64,000 nucleotides of DNA from Callorhinchus milii (lineage: Eukaryota). The position numbers and the translations under genes were made by a program. The stretch spans positions 101,620,001-101,684,000 of the forward strand of contig NW_024704743.1 in the NCBI RefSeq assembly GCF_018977255.1, written 5' to 3'. Positions 12,421-23,600 of the stretch are shown here, in pieces. The notes under the pieces were generated by a model. It had not been told where the DNA came from, did not search any database, and saw nothing but the letters and a program-made list of their open reading frames with translations. Each line of letters starts with the position of its first letter. The stretch's first letter is position 1.

Positions 12421-12503
12421 CAGAATAGTCTCAACAGTCTTGTCATTGGAAAGGACCTTGTACTCATGGTCCTAGCTAATGATAAGACTCTGAGACTATT
12501 CTG
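12421..12503. other. 83-nt imperfect hairpin (pre-miRNA-like or miniature inverted-repeat element), copy A
   Basis: CAGAATAGTCTCA/TGAGACTATTCTG, AGTCTTGTCATTGG/CTAATGATAAGACT and AGGACC/GGTCCT pair around a 10-nt loop. Confidence 0.7.
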
Positions 12504-13849
12504 TCATAGAGCTTGGTATGTTACACCCAATGCTTCAGTGATTTGAGTTGGGAGGACAAAACCAGTATCCTGTTTATATTGATAAATGTAAGATACGCAT
12601 TTCTCAAAATAAATGTAAAATATTTAATGGGCACAAGCATATAATTTGACGACACCCCAAAGCCTTAAATTAAGTCGTAATACACAAAATGCTAGCACTT
12701 AACAGTTCAAGCAGGGGAGCGAGCTAATCCACTTCTGGTTAGAAGCCCCTCCAAAGTACAACTCTCCTGTCTGCTCAAACACCTAGTGTTGTTATCCGCT
12801 TGTCCCCTTGTACTCCACCACTCACAAAATACACATTGTTGCAGACAATGAGTTTTCATGCAAATCAGGCCCCCTTCAGACGACAACATCCTTTAACTGA
12901 GACAGTGAGACAGTTCCTGTTACCTGTGGGGTATAAATGACCGAAACAATACTATGCAAACATGAAGGCAACATTCTAACAGACACTGAGTCTCCATTCA
13001 AATGAGTATTCAATCGAGTTTACAGGTTTTACTGGTCATGACATCACCACTGCCAAATTCTCTGCATATGTCTGAAAATAAATATTCTGGACTATAAAGC
13101 ATGTTAATGCTTGAGCTGCATATTGTTGAATGATTATTTACTGCTGTATGCTCCCAATTTAAAAACACCATTAAAACTGCACTCTGCCACATACAGTATC
13201 CGACTGTTTTAATTGATCAAAATTGTTTTAAACCCAATTCATTAAGCTTGGAATAACACACACACTCACACACAATGTAATTGTATGTACCATCACTGTG
13301 ATGGCAATGATTCAACAATAACACGTACACTGTTCAGTTATACAAAAATATTCCTGCTGCTCTCAAAAGTCTAGTTAAGACACTTTACTATTCCTGACAT
13401 ATGGGTCTCTCTTCAAACTGCAATATCTAATCCTATGCAGCTGGAGGTGGAGATATCATATGGATAAAATGTAGATTGGTAATAAAATAGTTATTTAATA
13501 AGATAAAATTTTGAGGTTTTTAAAATATGTCAAATAAGAGATGTAAGTGACCATTTGAATGATCATATGACAGAAGGACCAGGCATAAAGTATCCAGAAC
13601 GGCTGAGGTTTTAATCTGCTGAGGGCATTTAGTCTTGCTGGTGGCACCAACAAACTTACCGCTCTGTGAAGAATTTCTTGTCTGAGGTTTGCAGAAGATA
13701 CAAAGTTGTGAAGAAATGTAACTTGTATATCTGCGACCACAGCTCCTTTTGCCTTCTTGTTCTCTTTGATCTCTCTGCTGTTTTGACACTGTTCTGACTT
13801 TTGCGTCAAGAGTGGGTGCTAAAAGGCTAAAAGCACGACCATCGATAAC

Positions 13850-14105
13850 AGGGCAGGCAGGACGGGGGATGTGAAGGGCAGAGCATGCAGCCCAGAGGGA
13901 AAGGGCAGGTTGGTAGGTTATAATAGGTTGCAGAGGTAGGCTGGGGCAAGACTGTGATGAGCTTTAAAAGTGAGGACAAGGATATTGAACTTGATCCTTT
14001 GGGGTATGGGGAGCCAATGTAGTTGAGCGTGAAGGTGGTTGATTGGCTCACAAACCTGGCACAGAAGAGGACATGAGCAGCAGAATTTTGAATATTCTAT
14101 AACTT
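13850..14105 (-). mobile_element. Decayed L2 3' fragment
   Basis: AGTGAGGACAAGGATATTGAAC...GGGAGCCAATGTAG similar to the L2 copies at 32080-32160 and 39550-39610. Confidence 0.65.
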
Positions 14106-16007
14106 GTAGAAGGAAACACCCATTTGGCTCAGCTCATCCGTAATGCTATTTGTAATCCAAATAAACCTTCACCGCTCCTAAACCCCTCGGCCTCTTCCAT
14201 TGTCATCCTTTCAAATTAACTTTCGGGATTTGATCCAATACTCATTCCTATCAGTTTTCACTTACAGCAGACTTACTCAGTCATAAAATGACCATAAAGA
14301 AATTTGTACAAATCTATCTCTCAAATACAAAGCTGTTATTTGATGTTCGATTTATTAATTGAAGATTTCAAAATATAAATAATATAACAATGGTATGAAG
14401 TTTGATATTCAAGTCCACTTGCCTGACCTTTTTTTGAGACTTTGTGTTAGTTACTACAAGATATTGAGTTTAAAATGTAAATGTGAAAAATGTGTAAAAC
14501 TAGCACCTCATGTCAGAAAAATCAGTCATTATGCCTTACATCTCCTCTGCTCTGAGCAGAACCTGGATCAGAGCTAAAATCAGAAAAAGCTTTCCTGCAG
14601 AAAATCTAGTTTATTTCACAGGAACATTTGTCAGAACCAATGTATCTAGCACATTGGATTTACCATTTGAAGGACAACCCCTCCAATAATGTCTGTGTTG
14701 AGAAACGCATTTGAAAAATCAAGTCTGGAGGAGACAAAGAAAAATTAATGAGGGTTTCTGCAGCATTGAGTAATAGATAGTTATGGACATTAACAATGTG
14801 GTGAAGAAAAGCAGTCTAGTTTAGGGACCAGATGTAAAGGAGGAAAGAGAGCTGAGGGTGAAATGGAATGCTAAGGTCGCAACCTGGTTCAGTGAGTTGG
14901 AGAGAAAGCAAGGCAGGTTGAGGAAGTCAGAGCAAGGAAGCATTGTAGGGCACCAAGGAGGATGGCTTCCACCTCGTTTATCTTTAACTGAAGACAATTG
15001 AGGCCCATTCAGAACTTGACAGCAGGTGTTCAGAACATCAGTGGAACTGGAATCAAGGGTCAAGTTAGATTTGGGTAGATTTGGTTTATGTTTCCAGCGC
15101 CTTGGGACGTCCTCCCGACATGAAAGACACTATATAAATGTAATTTTGTTGTTGCTATTTCCTGCTCATCAGGCACTTACTGTGAAAGGACCATGCAGCT
15201 GATATTGCTTTTCGTGCTGTGCTTTGTTGCTGCTAATGGTGAATATTTAAATATTTCCAAGTTTGCTTCAATCTACTACAACTACGAAATGTATTACTAA
15301 AGTAATTATTAAATTGTCACATGCTCACTTTCCAAGCAAGTTTTGTTCTGAAAATTAATAATTGTAAAGTGCAAATTGTGAGCTGTGATGTGATCACATC
15401 GTTAAACATTGTGGTCAAGCGAGTTTTCCATCGATGAGAACAATTTGTAATTTTAAATTACACTGTACATTTTATAGGCAGGAGACAATCTGGATTCATC
15501 AGACTGTTCAATAAGCCTGTGGTAAGATCTATGGATTATTTACCTTCAACACCTGGGCCTTTAAGTCATTCAGGAATAAGGTAATCTATTCAGCATTGAT
15601 AAATTCAATAATGTTACATATTCTGCATTAATAATGTCAAGCTTAATTATGCTCTGAGATTGTCCCATGTAGACAAAACCACTAAATGTTTTGCAGATAA
15701 CAAAATGGAGATTTGTATATGATATGTGAATATCTCACAATTCAAAGGTTCTGGACAAACTATGCTAATGAATAACCAAAGTGAAAAATCTGGATATACC
15801 TTTCTATCCTACATTGCTTTGATGACTTTCCTCCCCAGCTCTGCTTTCCTCAAGCTCCATTCCATTTAGACATTTAGACCATTTAGACACATATTCTTTC
15901 CCACACAATGCTCCAGGAGCACATCACCCTCATTCTCATCTGGCTCCTGGTTCTCTATCTTCCAGTGAAATAACTTTTAAGATCCTTGTCCTTGTCCTCA
16001 ATTACCT

Positions 16008-16331
16008 GTGAAGTCCTGTAGCTCAGTGGTTAGACCACTCGCTTTGCAAGCGAGACATCTGAGTTCAATTCCAGGCACAGGGCGAAACCTTGGACAAGTT
16101 TCCTTACTCTACACACCTAATAATAATTATCCCTTCAAAACAAAACAATAATAGATTGGTCATTTTCAATCCACGACTGTTTGTACGACACTGCTGTGCG
16201 CAATTGGCTGCTGTGTTTTGCCCACAAATATACGGTAATTCACTTTACAGTCTATTCTGTGAAGTGCTTTGAAACGTCTGGAAGACATGGAAAGCGCTAT
16301 ATCAAATGCAAGGATTATTATTATTATTATT
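16008..16331 (+). mobile_element. tRNA-derived SINE (same family as 2067)
   Basis: AGTCCTGTAGCTCAGTGGTTAG head, B box, same body, (ATT)n tail. Confidence 0.9.
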
Positions 16332-16349
16332 AATGGCTTAACCCACTCT

Positions 16350-17580
16350 TCTTTGCTGCCTCACTTTCTGCTTTCAAACCCCATCTAAAAACCTCTCTCT
16401 TTGTCAGCATTTGTAGGCACCCCACCCCCCAATGCACATACCTACACCTCTTCCCAATCTCCCACCCAGGCTTTGCTTCCATTACTTCTTGTTAAAGTGC
16501 TTTGAGACATTTCCTTTGTGGGGCAGTTTTTTTGGTGAGCATTTCAAGAAGCACACCCAAAGGACTGTCACCCCAATGAAAGCAAGAAAAAAAGATAATC
16601 CAGACAAATAGCATACGGAGGAGGCTTTCCCTAAGTATATCTGTTTAGTGTGAGTTTTTCACTCACAACTAATACAGTAAAGCTACAGTAAAAATCTTTT
16701 GAAATGCTTCACAGTAAATCATCTCAAGTTCCTGACATGAAAGGCACTATATCAAATGCAAGTATTATTATTGATTATTATTCTCATTCAGAGTAACATC
16801 AGTTGTTGGATCATCTTGGCTGATTCACATAGGGGATGGCTATGGCTGCTCATCTCAGACTGTAGTTGCTGATGCCAATCACATGTCAGATCGACAGAGA
16901 GTATGTAACAATCAAATCAATACTAAACAAATTTACATTTTTACAGTGCCTTTCATGTTGGGAGGACCTGCCAGGGCGCCTGACAGTCCAGGGTTAGCAT
17001 TCGAGCTGGATGTGGGCTGAGGGAGTGGGGGTGAGGGGTGAAACAATGCCGAGAGTGCGGTCAAGATGATATCAAAGTGAAAATCAGGAATAAGATTATA
17101 ATGTTCACACATCCAGGTAGTGGGAGATACACCAGTGAATGGAAGAATAATGGGAGATTATGTATTGAGGGATAATTGTCATCACGCTGCAGACAGAATG
17201 ATGTCCTGCGAGTGAGAACAACACGCTTCAGAATAGTCTCAGCTGTATTGTCATTGGGAAGGGCCTTGTACTCATGGTCCTGGCCAATGATAAGACTACT
17301 GAGACTATTCTCAGCTGTGAAGTGCTTTGAAGCCTCTCAAAGACGTGACAAGGCACTATATCAAATGGAATGCTTATTACTTCTGATAATAAAAATAGAA
17401 TCCTCAATATGTATTCCGGGTTATAAAACATATTAAGCTTGAGCTGCATTTATGTTAACTATTTGATGCTGCATTAAAAACACCATTAAAAAACTACATT
17501 CTGACCCATACTGTTTTAATTGACCAATGATTTTTTTAATCTTGGAATAAGGCACGCACATTAAATAATTGTATGTCCAA
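16350..17580 (+). repeat. Copy B of the local direct duplication
   Basis: Collinear with 11245-13290 but lacks copy A segments ~12193-12417 and ~12505-13075. Confidence 0.9.
17230..17311. other. Hairpin copy B
   Basis: AGAATAGTCTCAG/CTGAGACTATTCT, TTGTCATTGG/CCAATGATAA, AGGGCC/GGTCCT; same loop TTGTACTCAT. Confidence 0.7.
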
Positions 17581-18084
17581 CTCTACCCCCACTTTAGCTT
17601 CTAAGCCTTCAAGTCTTCAGTTTGTTTCACCTCAATTCCTCCCTCCACTCCTTGGTCTTGTCCTGTTCTAAAACCTAGTCAACTGCACCGACATCCACCT
17701 TCCCTCTTGCTGCGTTCCCAACACCATCTCCTTGAAACACTCAGAGACATTATCCTACAGGAAGGTCGATGTACAAATGCAAGTTGTTATAAATAAAGTG
17801 TCCTGAGTTCATGGAAATCTTACACAGAAAGGTGAATGTTTTACCCTGCATTCATTAGGTTTTGATAGCACTGTCTGTTTTTTTTATGTCACCACAGCCT
17901 GGAACCCAATGGTTTTCCCTTATATCTGATTTGTAAACACCTGGTGGCCTTGCTGAGCCCACAATTTCAATTTTGCAATATCGCCCCCAGGTGGTAAATA
18001 AAAATTCTGCATCAATATTCTCAACCTTTGACTGACATTCTCATTTGGCTCATCAGCAGGATCTGGAAGGGCTGACCAGTCACT

Positions 18085-18400
18085 GGGGCGTCTCATCCAA
18101 CTCCCGTTAACCCTTCAAGCCAAAGCCCTAATGGATAGGGTGGTCAAAGCTGGAAAAAAAACAGATGGGAAAGCTTGTCGGGCTGCAATATCAATGGCAA
18201 ACTATGTGGTTTTAGGTGGTTAGAATCCAGTAGTACCCCAACACGAACTCTGGGGTCCCCAAGCCTTGCTTTTGCCAACCTGGTCCTAATACTTTCTGGA
18301 ATTAGGTTAGCTGGATGAATCCCTCCAGGGAGACAGCACACATTCCATTCCAATAATCCATCTCTGTGATTTCCATGTGTAGGTGGGCTGCATGGAAATA
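18085..18400 (-). repeat. Old dispersed repeat, unclassified (related segments at ~21820, ~25480, ~47745, ~48345, ~59265)
   Basis: Shared motifs ACCTAYACATGGAAAT, CTCCCTGGAGG, ACCTAATTCCAGA, CCCCAGAGTT, CTAAAACCACA, TTGCCATTGA. Confidence 0.6.
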
Positions 18401-20714
18401 TCAGCTTGGTTTGGATACTCTTAAGCATGGTGATGGGTTTCTGCATGTGTTAGACACCACTGTAGCTAAATTTATAATACTGTAGCTAAAATCACCTAAA
18501 ATTAAGTGTCATAAATGTTATATAAACAAATGTAGAGCATATATTCTGAACCTCTATAACACATTTGAACAAGTTCAGCCCCGAGGACCAGGAGACCTTC
18601 CTGCAAGCAGGAGTCATGAGTTAGTCATTTAACATATGACAAGCTCTGACTTCAGCCATCATAAGGTGGATAACAGCTACTTGCGAGCTGGAGAAAAGGT
18701 TGTGGGTCAGTCAGCTTACACATAGCGTGGACTGACGTTCTGTTGCAGTACTGTGAAACGGTGTATTTGTCAGATGTGACATTAATCAAGCTCCCGTCTG
18801 ACTGTTCAGGTGGATGGATCCCATGTCACTATTCGAAAAGAGAAGGGAGTTTCTCCGAGTGTCATAACTAACAATCCACCAAATAAAATTGATCATTCAC
18901 TTCATAGAAGTTTGTTGAGACATTGCTGTGCGCTAATTATCTGCCGTATTCACCTACAAAATACAGTCACCATACTTTACAGAAAACCCTGTGAAGCTCT
19001 TTGAGTCGTGTGCTCCTGATATGAGAAATTATTATTACTATGTTATCATAGTTTACATTACTCAGGAAAGGTAGTTTCTTTAGTGTTTTTTTAGTGATGG
19101 GTCAGCCAGACCAATAACATGGCAATGTTACATATAATGGATGTTACTTTTCTTAGTATGAACTTCCGAAAATAGCCACTTTATTGTAGGTGGCGGATAT
19201 TTTGTTCACAAGGTATCTTGTCAATCCATTTCTGATAATTTCTGATATTCACAGACCGAGTTGCATGGATGATAATATACCATGCATGTTTTACACTGCC
19301 ACATTTGTCTGCCTTTAATTTGTAGATTTGTTGATCTCCAGTTACTTATTTTGTTGGAATAAAGGTAATGGCCAGGGCGGGAGATCGAAAAGGTAGGTGG
19401 GGAGGGGAAGGCCATAGAGGAGTTTCTCACTGGGGTAAGAGGGAATTTTGCTGTGAGGAATCTGCTGCTCTCAATGGGCTTCAGCTCGGGTTTGCTCAGA
19501 GCAGGTGCCGCAGGTGAGCGATCACATGCCTCATCCTGAGCTGAAAGGGGAAGGGCCCCAAATCCTGTCCTGGTTCTCAATATTTAGCAGGTGGATGATC
19601 TCATGAGATCAGGGAAGACGGCAAATCCCATTTGAAATGACTCGTAGCTCACTATCTGGCAAGCAGCCAATCACGGCGATGGGGAATGTGGGCGCACTCT
19701 ATGGCAGTGGGAATGGCCGCCGGATTATTATTATCTAACAGAATATACCAAAGCTGTAGGTTATTACCAGTATTGAAATTGCAATAATAGCAAATATTTT
19801 ATTTCTGTCATTTAACTGTTTTACATAATTTTTGATTTAATCTTAATTTTTAATTGTTAGTATTATTACTACTGTTATTATTGCCACTTCCATCCCCATC
19901 TTCAGGTCACGCCTGAAGACCTTACTTTTAGACCGTGCCTTCGGTCACCTCCTCCTTTCCCTCGGCGCAGTGTCAAGCGCTCCGGGACGCTGCCCTGTGT
20001 GAGGGCCGCAATATAAACGCAAGTTGTTATTATTATTGTTGTTATTATTGTTGTTCCCTCATGAAAAAAAGCAATAAATTGGTCACTTCAAACCACGACA
20101 ACAACAACAACAAGATTCCATTTATTGAGCGCCTTTCACGTCGGGAGGACGTCCCAAGACGACTGTTTGTGGACAAACTGCTGCCACGTTTCACACACAA
20201 ATATGCAGTCAATTCACTTTACAGTCTATTCTGCGAAGCGCTTTCAGACATCTTGAAGCGTGAAAAGCGCTATATCAAATGCAAAGATTATTATTGTTCT
20301 TATTGTTAGCAATGAGTATTATTATTAATGGTTATTGTTGTTAGTGTGATGGTGTTTTTGTTAGTGTTGGTGATGGTTAGTGATGGCGTTATTGTTAGTG
20401 TTGGTGATGGTTAGTGTTATGTTAGTAATTACATAAACAGAACCAGCCACGGCAAGAGTCATCTCGCGCATGCGCCACCTGTCGTGCTGTTGTGGGCGGG
20501 GCCACGTGTCACAATGACCGCTTCCGGGTCACTCGCTCTCTCGCGCGGGGTGGGGGTGGGGGCAGGACTCAGGCGCAGGCGCGCTGGGAGATCATGTCGG
20601 CCGGCGGTTGGGCCGTTCGCTGCCGCGCGGCCTCATGAGAGACGCCCGTTGCGGGGGGGAGCGCGAGAGGGAACGGGCCGCGTAGCCGGCGGCCGAGGCT
20701 GTTTGTGGAGGTCA

Positions 20715-20773
20715 GGGAGGGAGGGAGGGAGGGAGGGAGGCCGCTGTGTGTGTGTGTGTGTGTGTGTGTGTGT
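20715..20773 (+). repeat. (GGGA)6 followed by (TG)n microsatellite in the probable EBAG9 5' UTR
   Basis: Direct reading. Confidence 0.95.
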
Positions 20774-20831
20774 CTCTCACTCACTCACTCCCCCCCCTGC
20801 CCTCTCCTCTCCTCACCTCGCGCCCGTCACC

Positions 20832-20914
20832 ATGGCGATCAGCCAGTTCCGAGTGTTCAAGCTGTGCTCCTGCCTGGCCTGGCTGCTCTCCTTCATCAAG
20901 AGACTCGTCTGCAG
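20832..20914 (+). CDS. EBAG9: EBAG9/RCAS1 coding exon 1 (N-terminal membrane anchor)
   Basis: Kozak CACCATGG; MAISQFRVFKLCSCLAWLLSFIKRLVC(R) matches the vertebrate EBAG9 N-terminus; phase-2 GC donor AG|GCAAGT. Confidence 0.93.
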
Positions 20915-22454
20915 GCAAGTGGTCGCGGCGAGCCCCCCCCCCTCCCCGCCGCCCCATTACCGTTATTGACGCGCCGTGTAAAACCGCGAGCCTTGCAACG
21001 ATCTTACCGTTTTTTTTAAAAAAAAATTTTTCCCCCCTCTCTCATGTTCGGACGCTCTGAGACGCTACCCCGGTGCGGAGGGCGCTATTTATAAGTGCAA
21101 GTTGTTGTCGTCGTCCCCCACCCCCTCACCCCACCTCCATTATTTGTTTTAACCGCGAGTAAGTGAATGGGTCTTCCTTCCTCCCTCCTGCTCCTGAAAT
21201 GTCTCCCGGCTCTCCCCAAGACAGCTGCTGTCGAAAGCGAGCCTTGCGCGCTGCCGCCGCCACCTCTCTCGCCAAAGCAATGTCACGGTGCCCTTTTTTT
21301 ATTTCAAACGGTCGCGACCGCGACCGCGTGCCGAGCGAGCGTTCAGCCGGCCCCGCCACCTCGCTTACCTCTCAAGGGGGGGTGGGGGGGGGGGGGAAAA
21401 ACATTTAAAGTTTTTTTTTGGTCTCCGGGTTGAGTGTTTGGTACCCAGGCGGAAGAATATAGTGACATCTCAGACATCTTTTTTCTATTTGTGGGCTATA
21501 CTGAGATGCAAGATCGATTTCAGTGGTTTCCTTAATTTGAGATTGCCCTCTCTTGGCTCCGGCACTGGCAAATATTTGGCAGATAATTTTGACTGAACGC
21601 CTCCCGTTGTTGGATTTTCCAAGATCCAGAACAGATGCACTAGGTTTAAATCTACCTGACGGAAAATGTTTCCTCAGCTACAGAAATCAGTATGATTCGA
21701 CACGAATTGGCAATCTTGCTCAGAGAGATACTGTTAAGGGTGATCAGTGCTGCAAATGAAAAAAAAATCACATTTTCCAAGTGATGTGGACTGATCTTGT
21801 TTTATTTTGTTAGCTGAGTCTCTGACACGTGTAGAAATCTGTTGTTATGCATATCCAAACAAAACCGAGAGTTCCATACCTATACATGGAAATTGCTGCG
21901 TATCTGGAATGGATGGCCATTCTCTCCCGGTAGGAATTCATCCTGAGCGCTGCCTGGCAAGCTTCCCGCTGCTTGTCCAGCTCGGACCAACCTAATCATT
22001 CAGGCCTCAGGGTTACCAGGAGTCAAGTGAGAAGAATCCCTTTTAAGGCACATTGTTGAGCAGGGTAGAGGTAGCCGTTTGCACTTTAGATTAGTTGATG
22101 ACAACTTATGGTGCCTAAAATAAATCTGCCTCAATAGTCATAATTTGTCTCAATGAACAAATTAATTTTAAGGTGATTATTCAGGAAAATTAAGTTGAGA
22201 ATGGAAACAAAAAATTCACACTTCATATCGCTTTAAGAGCATTTAAGAGATGGATGCATCAACAAAGAAGAAAGATACCAAACGATAATAGATGAATAAG
22301 GCAATCGAAAAAAGTGAAAGTCTGATCATAAATATTTTAAAAATGTAAGGAAATTAAATTTAATTGAAGTAAGTTTTAGAAAAGTTAAAGCAGAATGTGT
22401 TTCGCCTGCACCAGATCCAGACAGACCTCGTAATTTAGAGGACTAGGTGTTTGC

Positions 22455-22668
22455 CTGGCTCAGTTGATCACACTTTCACTCGGTGAGTCAGAAAGTTATG
22501 GGTTTAAAACCCACATTGCAACTTTGAGTTCATAGTTTAGGCTGGCAATACAGTGCTATGAACACTACATAGTTAGACTTTGAACGAGACCTTAAGCTGA
22601 GGTCCTGTGATGAGGTGGATGTTAAATACCACATGACATTATTAATTAAGAGAAGGGATTTTCTCCTG
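22455..22668 (+). mobile_element. Old DeuSINE-like 5' part, cut by an L2 insertion
   Basis: TGGCTCAGTTG A-box-like head, GAGTCAGAAAGTTATGGGTTTAAAACCCAC, AGGTGGATGTTAAATACCACATG. Confidence 0.6.
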
Positions 22669-23600
22669 GTGCCCTCTTCTCAACTCCAGGACCACTGCTG
22701 TCCTGACAGACTGCCTGTCGGACATCAAGTCCTGGATGAGGGCAAATTTCCTACAGTTGAATGTGAACAAGACTGAGGCCCTCCTGATTGGCTCGCGCGA
22801 GCGCCTCAGCACCTCAGGCTTTGGCAGCATAAACCTCCATGGTTGCTCACTACAACTCACCAGCCAGTCAGGAACCTAGGTGTCTTGTTCGACCCTCAAC
22901 TGTCTTCTCCCCCACATTCAAGCCATGACCCACTTTGCCTTCCTTCACCTCCGTAACTTCGCTTGACTCCGCCATTACCTCACCCCTCAGGTGCTGAAAC
23001 TGTTGTTCATGCCTTCATCGCCTCCAGGCTCGACTATGCAAATGCCCTGCTTGTCGGCCTTCCCAACTCCTTCCTCCACAGTCTGCAGATAATCCAGAAC
23101 TCTGCAGCCCGTGTTTTCTCCCGCACCAAACTCCGTGACCCCATCTCCCCCACTCTGCCCGACTCCATTGGCTCCCTATCCTTCAGAGGATCCAGTTCAA
23201 GATCCTGGTCCTCATATACAAAGCCCTCAATGGTCTCGCCCTACCCTACCTCTGCGACCTCCTAACCCCCTACCAACCCGCCCGTTCCCTCCACTCAGCC
23301 GGCTCTGACCTGCTCCACGTCCCCCGACCCACCCACCCCACCATTGGCGGGAGAGCCTTCAGCCACTTTGCCCCCAACCTCTGGAATTCCATCCCCCAGT
23401 CACTCCACGTCGCGCCCTCCTTAGCCTCCTTCAAGTCCGATCTCAAGACCCTCCTCTTTGACCATGCCATCGGTCACCCCCCTTCCACTCCTCTCCCTTA
23501 CACCCCCAATCCCAGCTTGAGTCTGAAATGCTGTACTCTGTCCAGCGCTTTGGGACGTCCTCCCGACGTGAAAGGAGCCATACAAATGTAATCTTGTTGT
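22669..23600 (+). mobile_element. 5'-truncated L2 LINE in EBAG9 intron 1
   Basis: Encodes DIKSWMRANFLQLNVNKTE and HAFIASRLDYANALLVGLP; 3' tail GCGCTTTGGGACGTCCTCCCGACGTGAAAGG...(TTG)n. Confidence 0.9.

Larger units (their letters stand above)
11245..13290 (+). repeat. Copy A of a local direct duplication (paralogue ~16350-17580)
   Basis: Collinear blocks, e.g. GATAATCCAGACAAATA, CATCTGTTTAGTGTGAG, CATCTTGGCTGATTCACA, CTCATCTCAGACTGTAGTTG, GCTTGAGCTGCAT, TTAAAAACACCATTAAAA. Confidence 0.9.
20445..21430 (+). promoter_or_regulatory. CpG island / EBAG9 promoter and first exon
   Basis: Dense CpG in a CpG-poor window; NRF1-type GCGCATGCGC 20466-20475, GC box 20494-20502, CACGTG 20503-20508, ERE-like TGTCAcaaTGACC 20507-20519, ETS CTTCCGG 20521-20527; no TATA box seen. 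Confidence 0.9.

Noticed and set aside
19380..19720. GC-richer non-coding block upstream of the promoter (a comparable block lies at ~43890-44110)
   Set aside because: Possibly old SINE remnants or enhancers, but no second copy or diagnostic motif supports a call
1..20400. PKHD1L1 3' exons expected from mammalian synteny
   Set aside because: No recognisable PKHD1L1 peptide seen by eye; tblastn is needed
20484..21596. Multiple overlapping ORFs in the CpG island
   Set aside because: GC-rich and microsatellite artefacts; only 20832-20914 matches EBAG9
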